Below, piece after piece: positions 36,447-45,506 of a DNA stretch of 64,000 nucleotides. Position 1 is the first letter of the stretch; the number at the start of each line of letters is the position of its first letter. The DNA is from Acidimicrobiia bacterium (lineage in GTDB: Bacteria; Actinomycetota; Acidimicrobiia; ATN3; PSLF01): positions 49,446-113,445 of the forward strand of contig PSLF01000005.1 in the NCBI GenBank assembly GCA_040289475.1, in the 5' to 3' direction. The translations under genes and the position numbers were made by a program. The notes beneath the pieces were generated by a model that worked only from the letters and a program-made list of their open reading frames with translations, searched no databases and was not told the origin of the DNA.

Positions 36447-37215
36447 CTTGGTGACCGTCTGGCCTCACCCGCCACCGCTTTACTACTTCGCCAAAGTTCA
36501 GCCGCCATCTTGGAGAGCGAGTTTGAGGAGCCGCCCATGGCAGCTTTTAGTGGGCGCAACGCTGGCGATTGTTTGGGGCTTGGTAGTTCTCGGCTTTGGC
36601 GTTTCTGAGGTGTTGGGCACAGGCTCGATCGTTCTGTTGGTTCTGGTTTATGTGCCAGCCTCCGTGCTTGTCATATCACCGGTGTTCATGCTCATGGGGT
36701 ACAGATGGGCATATGCACTGACGGTGTCCGGGCTTCTTGGTTCCACTCTCGTGCTGGTTCTAAGTTTGGTCTCCAGCGAGTTGCTTCTGCTCCCGATCTT
36801 CCCGTTCCTAATAGTGCTGGCTTCCATCATTGCTGCGCCGCTCTGGTTGGCTTTATGGATGCTCCTCAGCTCTAGAGTAGAAAGGGTGTTCGAGGGAGCA
36901 CGGAAGCGCCAGGTTAGCGTGTACTACATGGCCGGTGGCGAGGAACCACCTATGCTGGACCCCAAAGAACGGCGCTTGTTTTCGATCGCATATGTGCCCG
37001 GCGCTTACTACTACGCTAGTGGCTACTACTTTCCCTATCCGCTTCAGCACGGCGTGCCTGGAAACTACTACGGCGGATATTGGTGGACGTATGGGCAGAA
37101 CTACACGTACGGATCTGGATATTACGGACCCTACAGCTACCCTATGCTCGGCGCGGGTTTTGCTGCCGCGCCGGCAAGCCAAGTTCCGGGCACCGTCTAC
37201 CAGCCGCCGGGGTGA
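36427..37215 (+). CDS. membrane protein with Tyr/Gly-rich C-terminal tail
   Basis: Four to five TM helices followed by a tail of about 75 aa (YYYASGYYFPYP...NYYGGYWWTYGQNYTYGSGYYGPYSYP). The start is more likely TTG or GTG at 36448/36451, after the pepA stop. Confidence 0.55.
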   Translation: MKRWEVDLVTVWPHPPPLYYFAKVQPPSWRASLRSRPWQLLVGATLAIVWGLVVLGFGVSEVLGTGSIVLLVLVYVPASVLVISPVFMLMGYRWAYALTVSGLLGSTLVLVLSLVSSELLLLPIFPFLIVLASIIAAPLWLALWMLLSSRVERVFEGARKRQVSVYYMAGGEEPPMLDPKERRLFSIAYVPGAYYYASGYYFPYPLQHGVPGNYYGGYWWTYGQNYTYGSGYYGPYSYPMLGAGFAAAPASQVPGTVYQPPG

Positions 37216-37262
37216 TGGGTTCCTGCTCGAAACGCTGCAGCAACTCTGTGTTCTAGTTCGAC

Positions 37263-38441
37263 CTATTGACGGGGGTTGGCGACTTCGCTCGCTGGCAAGC
37301 AGTACTCGTCATAGTCGACGAGCTCGATTCGGGCGCCCTCGGAGCAAGTCGGGCAGGAAGGGTCTTTACGTAGGCGAAGAACTCTAAAGGTCGCTTCGAG
37401 AGCATCGAAGACCAACAACCGCCCAACAAGAGGATCGCCGATTCCCAAGATGATCTTGATCGCCTCTGAGGCTTGCAGGGCCCCTACGATTCCTGGCAGC
37501 ACACCTAGAACTCCCGCTTCCGCACAGGAGGGGGCGAGCTCGGGGGGAGGGGGTTGGTGGTAAAGGCAGCGATAGCATGGCCCGTGGCCCGGCCAGAATA
37601 CACTAACTTGCCCTTCGAAGCGGAAGATAGATCCGTGCACTACGGGCTTTCCGAGTATCGCAGATGCGTCATTCAGCAGGTAGCGGGTGGGGAAGTTGTC
37701 CGTCCCATCGACTATCACATCGTAATCTTTGATAATGTCTACAACATTGGCCGCAGCCAGGCGGGTGTTGTATCCCACGACTTCAACGTCGGGATTGAGT
37801 TTTTGAATCGTCTCTTTCGCCGACTCCACTTTCAGCATCCCGATACGCTCTTCATTGTGGATAATCTGGCGCTGTAAGTTCGACCGGTCGACGACGTCGT
37901 AGTCGACTATCCCCAGGGTTCCTACGCCTGCGGCAGCGAGATACAGCGCGGCCGGCGCTCCGAGGCCTCCTGCGCCCAATAGCAGAATCTTTGACTCAAG
38001 GAGCTTTATCTGCCCTTCTATTCCGACCTCCGGTAAAAGGATGTGGCGGTGGTAGCGGGTCCGCTGTTCTGCCGTGAGGACCTTGGGAACCTTCCACTCA
38101 AGACCCGCGTCTTTCCAGGCATTGAAACCGCCACTCATAGAGACCACCCGCTGATAACCCAGCTCTTTTAGAGTCTTAGCGGCAAATGCAGACCTAACAC
38201 CGCCCGCACAATAGACGACAACTGGTTGGGATTTGTCGGGAAGGGCATCTTCAACGCGGGACTCGAGAAAACCTCTATCTATGTGAATCGCAGAAGGCAG
38301 CGCTCCTTGAGAAAACTCTTCATCGGTGCGAACGTCGATCACTTTCCATCCGTCTTGGATGAGGGCGTGTGCCTTGTGGGGATCGACCTCTTCTATCTCT
38401 TGTTTGGTTTTTTGCAAAAATTCTCTGAAGTTTTGTGCCAC
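37263..38441 (-). CDS. rhodanese-domain / MoeB-ThiF-type adenylyltransferase fusion (rhodanese N-terminal)
   Basis: N-terminus has rhodanese motifs VIDVRTDEEF...VVVYCAGGVRS. The rest has GAGGLGAP, RQI, and two CxxC pairs (CYRC, CPTC) typical of MoeB/ThiF. Confidence 0.85.
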   Translation of the reverse strand: MAQNFREFLQKTKQEIEEVDPHKAHALIQDGWKVIDVRTDEEFSQGALPSAIHIDRGFLESRVEDALPDKSQPVVVYCAGGVRSAFAAKTLKELGYQRVVSMSGGFNAWKDAGLEWKVPKVLTAEQRTRYHRHILLPEVGIEGQIKLLESKILLLGAGGLGAPAALYLAAAGVGTLGIVDYDVVDRSNLQRQIIHNEERIGMLKVESAKETIQKLNPDVEVVGYNTRLAAANVVDIIKDYDVIVDGTDNFPTRYLLNDASAILGKPVVHGSIFRFEGQVSVFWPGHGPCYRCLYHQPPPPELAPSCAEAGVLGVLPGIVGALQASEAIKIILGIGDPLVGRLLVFDALEATFRVLRLRKDPSCPTCSEGARIELVDYDEYCLPASEVANPRQ

Positions 38442-38662
38442 GGATCACCCCGTCATGTGAGACAACACTGCCGATCTACCCTATGCAGATATGGTCGCTG
38501 CCTCTATATGTAGATGTAGCAAGCGACTTTTAGCCAACCTGTCCACGGCTCTTCCCGAGGAGACCACTCGTCGTCGGACAGCTACCTTTCTCCTCGCTGA
38601 ACGCTACATGAAAAAACCGAGCTAATCGGTGGAAATTCCCGGCCGAAGCAGGTCTGTCTTAG

Positions 38663-39475
38663 TTATTGCACGCTCTTGACTGCTTCTACCAGACGGGGCA
38701 GCAGTTCACCAGTCTTTCCCCTAAACACAAGGTCTGCTTCCGAATCCAGAGGAGTTTCCTCGAGGTTGAAGATCAACAATTTGGCACCGGTGTCGCGAGC
38801 TATCTGAGGGAGTGCGGCAGCCGGGTAAACGACCAGAGAGCTTCCTGCTACCAAAAAGACATCGGAGCGGACTGCAGCTTCCTGGCACTTGTCGAGAGTG
38901 TGGGACTCAAGCTGTTCACCGAAGGAAATTGTTGCAGTTTTTAGAATTCCGCCGCACGAGGTACATGATGGATCCTCCTGTCCCTTTGTTACTCTTTCAA
39001 GGATGACTTCTGTAGGCCATCTCCTCCCGCAATCCAAACACTTGACTTGCTTCATCGTCCCGTGGATCTCGTAGATCTTTTCCGGAGTGGAACCGGCTGC
39101 GTGGTGTAGCCCGTCGATGTTCTGAGTGATCAGTGCCTCGAAGGACGTGAGCTTTTCTAGCTCTGCTATCGCGTAGTGCGAAGGATTGGGACGCGCTTCG
39201 AAGGCTCCATGCTCTAGGCGCATCCGCCAAGAAAGCTTGCGTATCTCTGGGTCGCGCACATACCTTGAAAACTCAAAAATAGAGGGGTCGATCTTTTTCC
39301 AGATTCCCTGGGGCCCTCTGAAGTCTGGAATACCCGACTCCGTAGACACACCAGCTCCAGTGAATACAACTAGAGCGGTGGCATTGGCGACCCACTCTGC
39401 AGCAGTCAAGATGCTGGGATCGGCAAATTGTGTGCCACCGGGATACCTTTGGCTCGAGGGTGTTTCTGCGCTCAT
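38663..39475 (-). CDS. cobB: NAD-dependent protein deacylase (Sir2 family, CobB-like)
   Basis: GAGVSTESGIPDFRG, QNIDGLH, the catalytic-His region IHG, and zinc-ribbon motifs CLDCG...CTSCGG. Confidence 0.9.
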   Translation of the reverse strand: MSAETPSSQRYPGGTQFADPSILTAAEWVANATALVVFTGAGVSTESGIPDFRGPQGIWKKIDPSIFEFSRYVRDPEIRKLSWRMRLEHGAFEARPNPSHYAIAELEKLTSFEALITQNIDGLHHAAGSTPEKIYEIHGTMKQVKCLDCGRRWPTEVILERVTKGQEDPSCTSCGGILKTATISFGEQLESHTLDKCQEAAVRSDVFLVAGSSLVVYPAAALPQIARDTGAKLLIFNLEETPLDSEADLVFRGKTGELLPRLVEAVKSVQ

Positions 39476-39558
39476 ACCAATACTCCTGCCCGCGTGCTAG
39501 ATGCCGTGCCCAGCCGGCGCTTGTCGCTTTAAGGAAAAAAGCGTTCTTTTGTGATGAA

Positions 39559-40275
39559 CTATTTTACCGATGAGTCTATCGGTGAACGGGTGGGGAGAGT
39601 CTGGCCTACTACCTCGAGACTGCGGGTCGAATCGATGAGCCTCAGGGGTGACGGCGATGATATCGGGGACATGATAGAAACTCTGTCTTGTGCAGTGGCG
39701 GCCAGGTGCCACAGGGCCCAAATCGTACTCGACGTAACGAGAGATGGGTGGTATCCGCGAGTGGACAATTCCAGCTCAGTCTCTTTACAGGAGTGACCGA
39801 GTCTCAGGAGGGATACAGCTTCTCTTCTTGCTCTGTTTCGCATGGCTTCGACGTTCGAGACCGCTCGACGGTGCACGTTTTGACCTGGCGGGAGGCTCGA
39901 CAGCAAAGTGCGTGCCTCGCAGTGGATTCGCCGAAGCTGCCTGGGAAGCTGGGATTCCAAGACTGGATCGATCGAGGGGAGTTTTTCGCGAACTAGACAC
40001 ACACCTTGACTGAGCTCGATCATGCCCGCTGTAACGAGCGAGCAGAGCGCATTCACCAGGATTTCTCGATTCGAAAGACCAAGGTTTTCTGTCACCTGCT
40101 CCCACGTGACCTCGCAAACCCCCTGTTCTAGAAGAGATGCCAGATAACAGTAGCAGCCCATTGCTTCGACTCCTACCAAAGACGAGTAAAAGATCCACAC
40201 GTAAGCGCTGTGCCGATCGTGAAGGCTGAGCGCATCGGTCGAATCGATGGAAGTGGTCTCTTCGGCAAGTCTCAT
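39559..40275 (-). CDS. winged-helix (HTH_36 / DnaD-replication-protein-N-like) domain protein
   Basis: The N-terminal 110 aa (AYVWIFYSSLV...TWEQVTENLGLSNREILVNALCSLVTAGMIEL) has the pattern of phage/plasmid replication-associated wHTH proteins. The C-terminal half is low in information. Confidence 0.45.
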   Translation of the reverse strand: MRLAEETTSIDSTDALSLHDRHSAYVWIFYSSLVGVEAMGCYCYLASLLEQGVCEVTWEQVTENLGLSNREILVNALCSLVTAGMIELSQGVCLVREKLPSIDPVLESQLPRQLRRIHCEARTLLSSLPPGQNVHRRAVSNVEAMRNRARREAVSLLRLGHSCKETELELSTRGYHPSLVTSSTIWALWHLAATAQDRVSIMSPISSPSPLRLIDSTRSLEVVGQTLPTRSPIDSSVK

Positions 40276-40380
40276 GGCCCCCCTCCTGATCTGCCGAACC
40301 GTCTAACGCCGATTTCAAGATGACTGAATAGACACTCGATCTACTCGTCAATATGGGCACAGCACCGTAAGTGATATAAA

Positions 40381-40480
40381 ACAATGTGCCTGTCTTTGCA
40401 AGATTATACTATGTGTTACATTGAGTTAGCCTTATTTAGGTTGTAAAAATTACTATTGCGTCCGGTGAAATTCCTATTTA
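40381..40480. promoter_or_regulatory. AT-rich spacer with promoter-like hexamers
   Basis: A hand count gives 33 G+C in 100 nt, against a clearly GC-richer background. A perfect TATAAT lies on the minus strand (40403-40408), 128 nt upstream of the wHTH gene start. Confidence 0.3.
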
Positions 40481-40679
40481 CACTTGTGTCCCGAGCGTAG
40501 ACCTGCTCCGACTGCCGGTCAGGTAGCTTCCTGCGGCAGGCGATCGCCTTATTGCCTCGTTACTAGGAAGAGGCGATTTGTCCTGGGGTCGGCAATAGTT
40601 CAAAAGAATAGTCAAAAGAGGGGGAAGTGAAAAGAGGGGGGATAGAAAGTATCGAAGTCTCGAGTGGTCGAGAGGGAAG

Positions 40680-40976
40680 CTACTCTTTCCTGGACCGCTT
40701 GCGCTGGCGTTTTCCTCTGCTTGAGGCTGTCCTTACTCGCTGGATGGCTTCTTTTTTCAAACTCTCGATGTACCGCTCCAGCTCCTCCCTGTCTACACGC
40801 CATACGCCGCGCTTTCCAATCTTGAGCGCCAGCAAGTCCCCCTCTCGCATGAGGGTGTACACCTGGCTCTCGGTGACGCTTAGGTACTCGGCGACCTCTT
40901 TGGGTGTGAGGAGTCGTGAGGGGGTAGTGGGTGTTTGGCCCCTTTTGTTTTGTGGTCTACGTGTTGCCTCAGCCAT
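40680..40976 (-). CDS. excisionase-family / MerR-like HTH DNA-binding protein
   Basis: LLTPKEVAEYLSVTESQVYTLMREGDLLALKIGKRGVWRVDREELERYI is a typical HTH_17/Xis-type domain. It has a strong GAGGAGG RBS and a Lys/Arg-rich tail, and it is divergent from cpaB. Confidence 0.75.
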   Translation of the reverse strand: MAEATRRPQNKRGQTPTTPSRLLTPKEVAEYLSVTESQVYTLMREGDLLALKIGKRGVWRVDREELERYIESLKKEAIQRVRTASSRGKRQRKRSRKE

Positions 40977-41094
40977 TTCGCTAATTCCTCCTCAAAGGCT
41001 CTGCACAAAAGCAAAACGCTGCCGTCACGCTCAGATGCTGGCAGTTCCATTGTATTGGACGTAGTTACCTACAAAGGACATCTAAGAAGGACTT

Positions 41095-41865
41095 ATGACA
41101 CGAATCGGATCGAATTACACCAAATTCAGCGGGCGTTCGCTCCGTCCGGGGACTGTAGCGCCACGGGTTGTCGCCGGGGTGGCGTTGATCTCGATCTCGC
41201 TGGTATCTGCAACTGCAGTACTGCGGAGTCGAGTAGCGCCTGTAGGTGTGCTGGTTTTTTCTCACGATATGGACGCCGGAGCGGTGTTATCCGATGCGGA
41301 CGTTTCCGAAGCTGCTGTGGCCGCAACAGGTGACACACTCGACCACCTCGTAAGGAGCGAAGAGAGAGGATCGGTTATGGGGCTGCGCCTGCTCAAGCCC
41401 TCGCGGGCCGGGGAACCTATTTTGCGCTCGTCGTTTGCTCCCGATAGCAGCGAGACCCCTCGACGCCTCGTCCAGCTGCACGCAGCGCGGGCCGGTAGCA
41501 CTCCCGATTTGGCACCTGGAGACAGCGTAGATGTGCTAGCTAGCTTCACCGTTGGTACCGAAGCTGCTCGGACTGTCGTTGTCGCATCTGCGGTGAAACT
41601 AATCTCCGTATCGGCTCCTGCAACTGACGGCGACGGCATAGAGATGTCGGGCTCGGGCAAGTCTTTGCCCTCCGCACTCGGCGGGCAGCCGGGGATTTTG
41701 TGCACGGTCGAGGTCGCGGCAGCCGACCTCGTCCGATTGGTATTCGCATCGCAAAACGCTGTGGTCTCTGTCGTGAGGTCTATCCCCGGCGAAAGCGTTT
41801 TGGGACGGGAGATGTCGGGTGGCGTCTCATTCGATTCGGATACTTCCTTAGGGCAGGAGGAGTAG
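41095..41865 (+). CDS. cpaB: Flp pilus assembly protein CpaB/RcpC-like (SAF domain)
   Basis: N-terminal TM (VVAGVALISISLVSATAVL), then a SAF-like segment VLVFSHDMDAGAVLSDADV...GEPILRSSF. It is the first gene of the Tad operon. Confidence 0.7.
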   Translation: MTRIGSNYTKFSGRSLRPGTVAPRVVAGVALISISLVSATAVLRSRVAPVGVLVFSHDMDAGAVLSDADVSEAAVAATGDTLDHLVRSEERGSVMGLRLLKPSRAGEPILRSSFAPDSSETPRRLVQLHAARAGSTPDLAPGDSVDVLASFTVGTEAARTVVVASAVKLISVSAPATDGDGIEMSGSGKSLPSALGGQPGILCTVEVAAADLVRLVFASQNAVVSVVRSIPGESVLGREMSGGVSFDSDTSLGQEE

Positions 41866-41867
41866 CG

Positions 41868-43322
41868 ATGAGCGCCGGCACTTGCGACGGTATTGGGCGA
41901 GGCGTAATCAGCAGTGATGGCTCATCGCCTGGCCTAAGAGGTGTCCGAAATGGCCGCGAGGTACGCGCGGTGATTGTAGGAGGTCGCCAAGACCGACTAG
42001 GCGAAGCCTTAGTGGGCGCCCTATCTCACAACCGATCGGTGACTTCTGCAGAACTCGTCGAAGAGGCTGCAGAGGCCGCTATATGGTCTTGGTTTGGCTC
42101 GGCGGACCTCGTGGTGGTGTTCCCAGACGCTGCGCCGTTTCCTAAAAAGCTCGTATCCGAACTCGAGTCCCACGGCTGCGCTCTGGTTGGCGCATTCGAA
42201 GCCGGTGATGTAGAGGGTGAGGCGATTCTCGCGAAAAACGCCGTGCGAACAAGAGTGCCCTTGGGCGCAGATCTGGATTCGGCTGTCTTTCAGATCCTCC
42301 GAGTCGCCTCGGGTTCGGCTGAGACAGGCCAGAGCTGTGCACGATCTCGGGGATCACAGGCATTTGAGCGACATGAGAGTGTCGTCCCCTCTGCAGTGCG
42401 CCGGCCGCGATCGATCGGGGTTGCATCTCTCGGCCACTCGGCAGGGGGTACTACTCTTACGATTGCTCTGGCGCGTGTGCTGGCACAGGCGGGATGGTCG
42501 GTAGCGGTTGGCGATGTCGACTGCCAGACATGGGGTTTATCTCGGTGGCTTGGGGTGGCAAAGAGAAAAGATCCTTCAGTCGATGGCGCCTGCAACCGCG
42601 ATCACCTCGGTGACTCTGGCGAGATTTGCTGGCGAATTCAACCTCTTTCCAGCAGGGAGTTGTTGGCGTGTGCAAAGAACCGTCCAGATATCGCAGAAGA
42701 AAGTGGGGACCCCGTCTCTGGACGCGTTTCGCCTTTTCTTCCCCTGCGGCCCGTGGTGTTGGAGCTACAGCGGAGAGCTGAGGCCGTCATACTCGATGCG
42801 GGCTCAATAACCCGGGGTGTCCGCCGGTCTCTAGGTATGGCCCTCCTCGGCTCAATCGGCGGATCCATGGGAGCCGACCCCCTTGCTCAGCGAGGGTGGA
42901 TCTTGGTTTGCCGAGCGGATCCCGGCGGGGTGAAAACCTTCATTGAAACCTGGGGACGCGTCTGTGGAGCACTGGGAGACTCCACAAACCTTGTAGTGGC
43001 CCTCAACTTGCTTCCAGAAAAGGTTCCTCTTAGGAAACTGAGAGCCCACTGCAAGGCTCTCGTTTCGGCCACGGGATGCAGCGCTGTGGTCTGCCTTCCT
43101 CACGATCCTCGCTTGCTCAACCTTTTTTGGAGTACTCGCTTGCCGAGTTCGGACCTTGGCGGGACCGAGTTCACCGCTGCAGTGCGGTCGTTAGCTGAGT
43201 CGGCTGGCTTTGAGATTCCCGCTTTTGATGGCGCCAATGGCAATGGCTCCGGCGGCAGATCGAAGTTGTTCTGCGGTTCTTTCGTGGCTGCTGTTATCGC
43301 CAGGAGGAAAAGAGATGCATAG
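41868..43322 (+). CDS. tadZ: TadZ/CpaE/Ssd-like ParA-MinD family protein with degenerate Walker A
   Basis: ATG 2 nt after the cpaB stop. It has a pseudo-receiver-like N domain, then IGVASLGHSAGGTTLTIALARVLA where KGGxGKT/S is expected. Confidence 0.65.
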   Translation: MSAGTCDGIGRGVISSDGSSPGLRGVRNGREVRAVIVGGRQDRLGEALVGALSHNRSVTSAELVEEAAEAAIWSWFGSADLVVVFPDAAPFPKKLVSELESHGCALVGAFEAGDVEGEAILAKNAVRTRVPLGADLDSAVFQILRVASGSAETGQSCARSRGSQAFERHESVVPSAVRRPRSIGVASLGHSAGGTTLTIALARVLAQAGWSVAVGDVDCQTWGLSRWLGVAKRKDPSVDGACNRDHLGDSGEICWRIQPLSSRELLACAKNRPDIAEESGDPVSGRVSPFLPLRPVVLELQRRAEAVILDAGSITRGVRRSLGMALLGSIGGSMGADPLAQRGWILVCRADPGGVKTFIETWGRVCGALGDSTNLVVALNLLPEKVPLRKLRAHCKALVSATGCSAVVCLPHDPRLLNLFWSTRLPSSDLGGTEFTAAVRSLAESAGFEIPAFDGANGNGSGGRSKLFCGSFVAAVIARRKRDA

Positions 43323-44595
43323 CAATGCCATGTCGATTTTGGAAGACGATCTAAAAGAGCGGATCCGTAATGAGGCAGTTTTGGACCCGCCATCTCTCTA
43401 TCGCGTGGCCAAAGAAGTTGTTCGCAGCTACAGGCAACGAGCTTTGACGGAAAAACTGCCTTTGCTGACAGACGGGGAATCAGACGGAGATTTGGCAGGA
43501 GAGTTGATTAAGCGCTTCTCCGGCTTCGGAGCTTTGGCAGACCTGCTCGCGGATCCCGCTGTCGAAGAGGTCTGGGTGAACAACCCAGGAAATGTTTTCG
43601 TGTCGCGTAGAGGTGTACACGAGCGAGTTCCGGTACGAATCAATTCGAAAGAAGTAAGAGATCTAGTCGAGAGAATGCTGGGTTTCACCGGGAAGCGTAT
43701 CGACAGAGCATCTCCCTTCGTGGATGCTTCGCTGCCCGATGGAAGTCGTCTACATGTCGTGATTCCCCCTGTCACGCAACACTGGACTCTAAACGTCCGA
43801 AAGTTCACCGGCATAGAGGTGAACGACTTGGACGAGCTAGTGTCTCGAGGATCTCTTAGCGAACACGCGTCTTCTTTTTTGTCGGTTTCTGTCCTTGCGG
43901 GGCTGAACATCGTCGTGGCAGGAGCTGTTGGCGCTGGGAAGACGACTATGCTCAACTGCTTGGCTTCCGCTATACCAGCGTCCGAGCGAGTTGTCACCTG
44001 CGAGGAGATTTTCGAGTTGAGCATTGATCACCCTGATCTCGTAGGGATGCAGTGCAGAGAGCCCAACATGCAAGGAGAGGGCGAAATTACGCTGCGCCGT
44101 TTAGTCAAGGAAACGCTTCGAATGCGCCCCGACAGAATCATCGTTGGAGAGGTAAGAGGCGCAGAGGCTTTCGACATGCTAATCGCCATGAACACGGGTT
44201 GCGCCACTATGACTAGTGTCCATGCGAACACCGCTAGAGAGGCTGTAAGAAAGCTGACAGCCCTGCCGTTGTTGGCCGGGGAGAACATTTCAAAGGAGTT
44301 CGTTGCCTCGACAGTCGCCTCCTGCATCGACCTAGTGGTTTTTTGCAAAAGAGAAAGAAGGAGCGGATTTCGCTACGTTGACGAGATTCTCGCCATCGGT
44401 GATCAGCTTGCTCCGGATGGCGTAACCGCGTCCCCCATTTTTAGCCGGGAGGAGGGACAACTGGTTTGGACCGGTGAGTTTCCCAGAAATTTGGCCCGCT
44501 TCGAGGATGTAGGGATCGATCTTTTGGATGTGCTACGGGACGGCGAGCGGGCATCGGTACGGGTTGGGGCTCAAGCGGGAGGAGAGCGAGCATGA
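43315..44595 (+). CDS. cpaF: CpaF/TadA type II/IV secretion ATPase
   Basis: Walker A GAVGAGKTTMLNCL, Asp box, Walker B IIVGEVRGAEA and His box SVHANTA. AGGAGG upstream. Overlaps the tadZ-like gene by 8 nt. Confidence 0.92.
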   Translation: MHSNAMSILEDDLKERIRNEAVLDPPSLYRVAKEVVRSYRQRALTEKLPLLTDGESDGDLAGELIKRFSGFGALADLLADPAVEEVWVNNPGNVFVSRRGVHERVPVRINSKEVRDLVERMLGFTGKRIDRASPFVDASLPDGSRLHVVIPPVTQHWTLNVRKFTGIEVNDLDELVSRGSLSEHASSFLSVSVLAGLNIVVAGAVGAGKTTMLNCLASAIPASERVVTCEEIFELSIDHPDLVGMQCREPNMQGEGEITLRRLVKETLRMRPDRIIVGEVRGAEAFDMLIAMNTGCATMTSVHANTAREAVRKLTALPLLAGENISKEFVASTVASCIDLVVFCKRERRSGFRYVDEILAIGDQLAPDGVTASPIFSREEGQLVWTGEFPRNLARFEDVGIDLLDVLRDGERASVRVGAQAGGERA

Positions 44596-45506
44596 GCGTT
44601 CGTGCTATGGCGGTGTATGTAGCTTTTCTCGGCGCGGCTCTTGGGGGATATCTAGCAATCGAGCAGTTCTTTTTCAGAAGCCAAAAAGCATATAACGCCC
44701 CGCGGACCAGGCATCCAAAAAGTGCTAAAACATTCTCTAGCTTGGTCGCAGACGAGGCCGCCTCATACTCCCCGCCGATATTCAAAGATGCAATTTTCTC
44801 TAGCGTTGCAGCCTTTGCGAAAACGCTGGTTCCTTATTTAGGTGCCTCGGCAGCCTCCGGGATGACTGCTTATCTAGTGACCGCGGTTCCCGCTCTCGGG
44901 GTGTTGGGAGCAGTGGCCGGTGTGTGGATTCCAATTTCTATTTCGAGCATGCGGAAGCGTCGTAGGGTAGAGAGGATACGGTCTAGCTGGCCCGATGCCT
45001 GCCGCCATTTAGTAGCCAACCTCCAGGTTGGAGACTCGCTGCCTCGAGCGCTTGCAGCGTTAGGATCGAGTGGACCGGCAGAGCTTCGCCCGTACTTTGC
45101 GCGCTTTGCACGCCGATACTCCGCCACTGGCGACTTTGACAGCTCTGTCGAAGCACTGGGGTCCGAGCTCGAGTATGCGGGCATCCATCAGCAACTCGGA
45201 GCGCTCCGATTGGCACACCGCTCAGGGGGATCGGAGCTAGTGTCAGTTTTGAAGACCGCAGCAGAGCTGGCATCTGAACGCCTAAGCATAGAGCGCGACA
45301 TCGAAGCTCGGCAGTCGTGGACAGTTACGGCGGCGCGTATCTCCGCTGCGGCACCCTGGGTGATCGTAGTACTCCTCTCATTGAGGCCAGCAACGGCCGC
45401 AGTTTATTCGACAGCGCTCGGCACAAAGGTGATCGTGGGCGGGGCGATTGCGACGGTGTCCGGATACGCCCTCATGTCGAAAATCGGAAAGGTACCTTCA
45501 AGGTGA
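44592..45506 (+). CDS. tadB: TadB-like type II secretion system F-family membrane protein
   Basis: ATGA overlap with cpaF. Has the T2SSF-like cytoplasmic domain (LPDACRHLVANLQVGDSLPRAL) flanked by TM helices. Confidence 0.8.
   Translation: MSVRAMAVYVAFLGAALGGYLAIEQFFFRSQKAYNAPRTRHPKSAKTFSSLVADEAASYSPPIFKDAIFSSVAAFAKTLVPYLGASAASGMTAYLVTAVPALGVLGAVAGVWIPISISSMRKRRRVERIRSSWPDACRHLVANLQVGDSLPRALAALGSSGPAELRPYFARFARRYSATGDFDSSVEALGSELEYAGIHQQLGALRLAHRSGGSELVSVLKTAAELASERLSIERDIEARQSWTVTAARISAAAPWVIVVLLSLRPATAAVYSTALGTKVIVGGAIATVSGYALMSKIGKVPSR

Noticed and set aside
38663-39475. Sir2-domain gene as a possible anti-phage effector (Thoeris, DSR or SIR2-HerA type)
   Set aside because: It has the canonical short CobB architecture with an intact Cys4 zinc ribbon and the GAGVSTESGIPDFRG motif. 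It carries no fused sensor or effector domain and has no partner gene (no ThsB/TIR, HerA or pAgo) nearby.
39785-40384. 199-aa alternative-frame ORF overlapping the wHTH gene
   Set aside because: The translation is Arg/Ser/Gly-rich junk, whereas the 238-aa frame carries a credible wHTH pattern.
40627-41064. 145-aa plus-strand ORF starting after a purine-rich SD-like tract
   Set aside because: It is fully antisense to the Xis-like HTH gene, which has a strong RBS and a clear domain. The purine tract is better read as non-coding repeat sequence.
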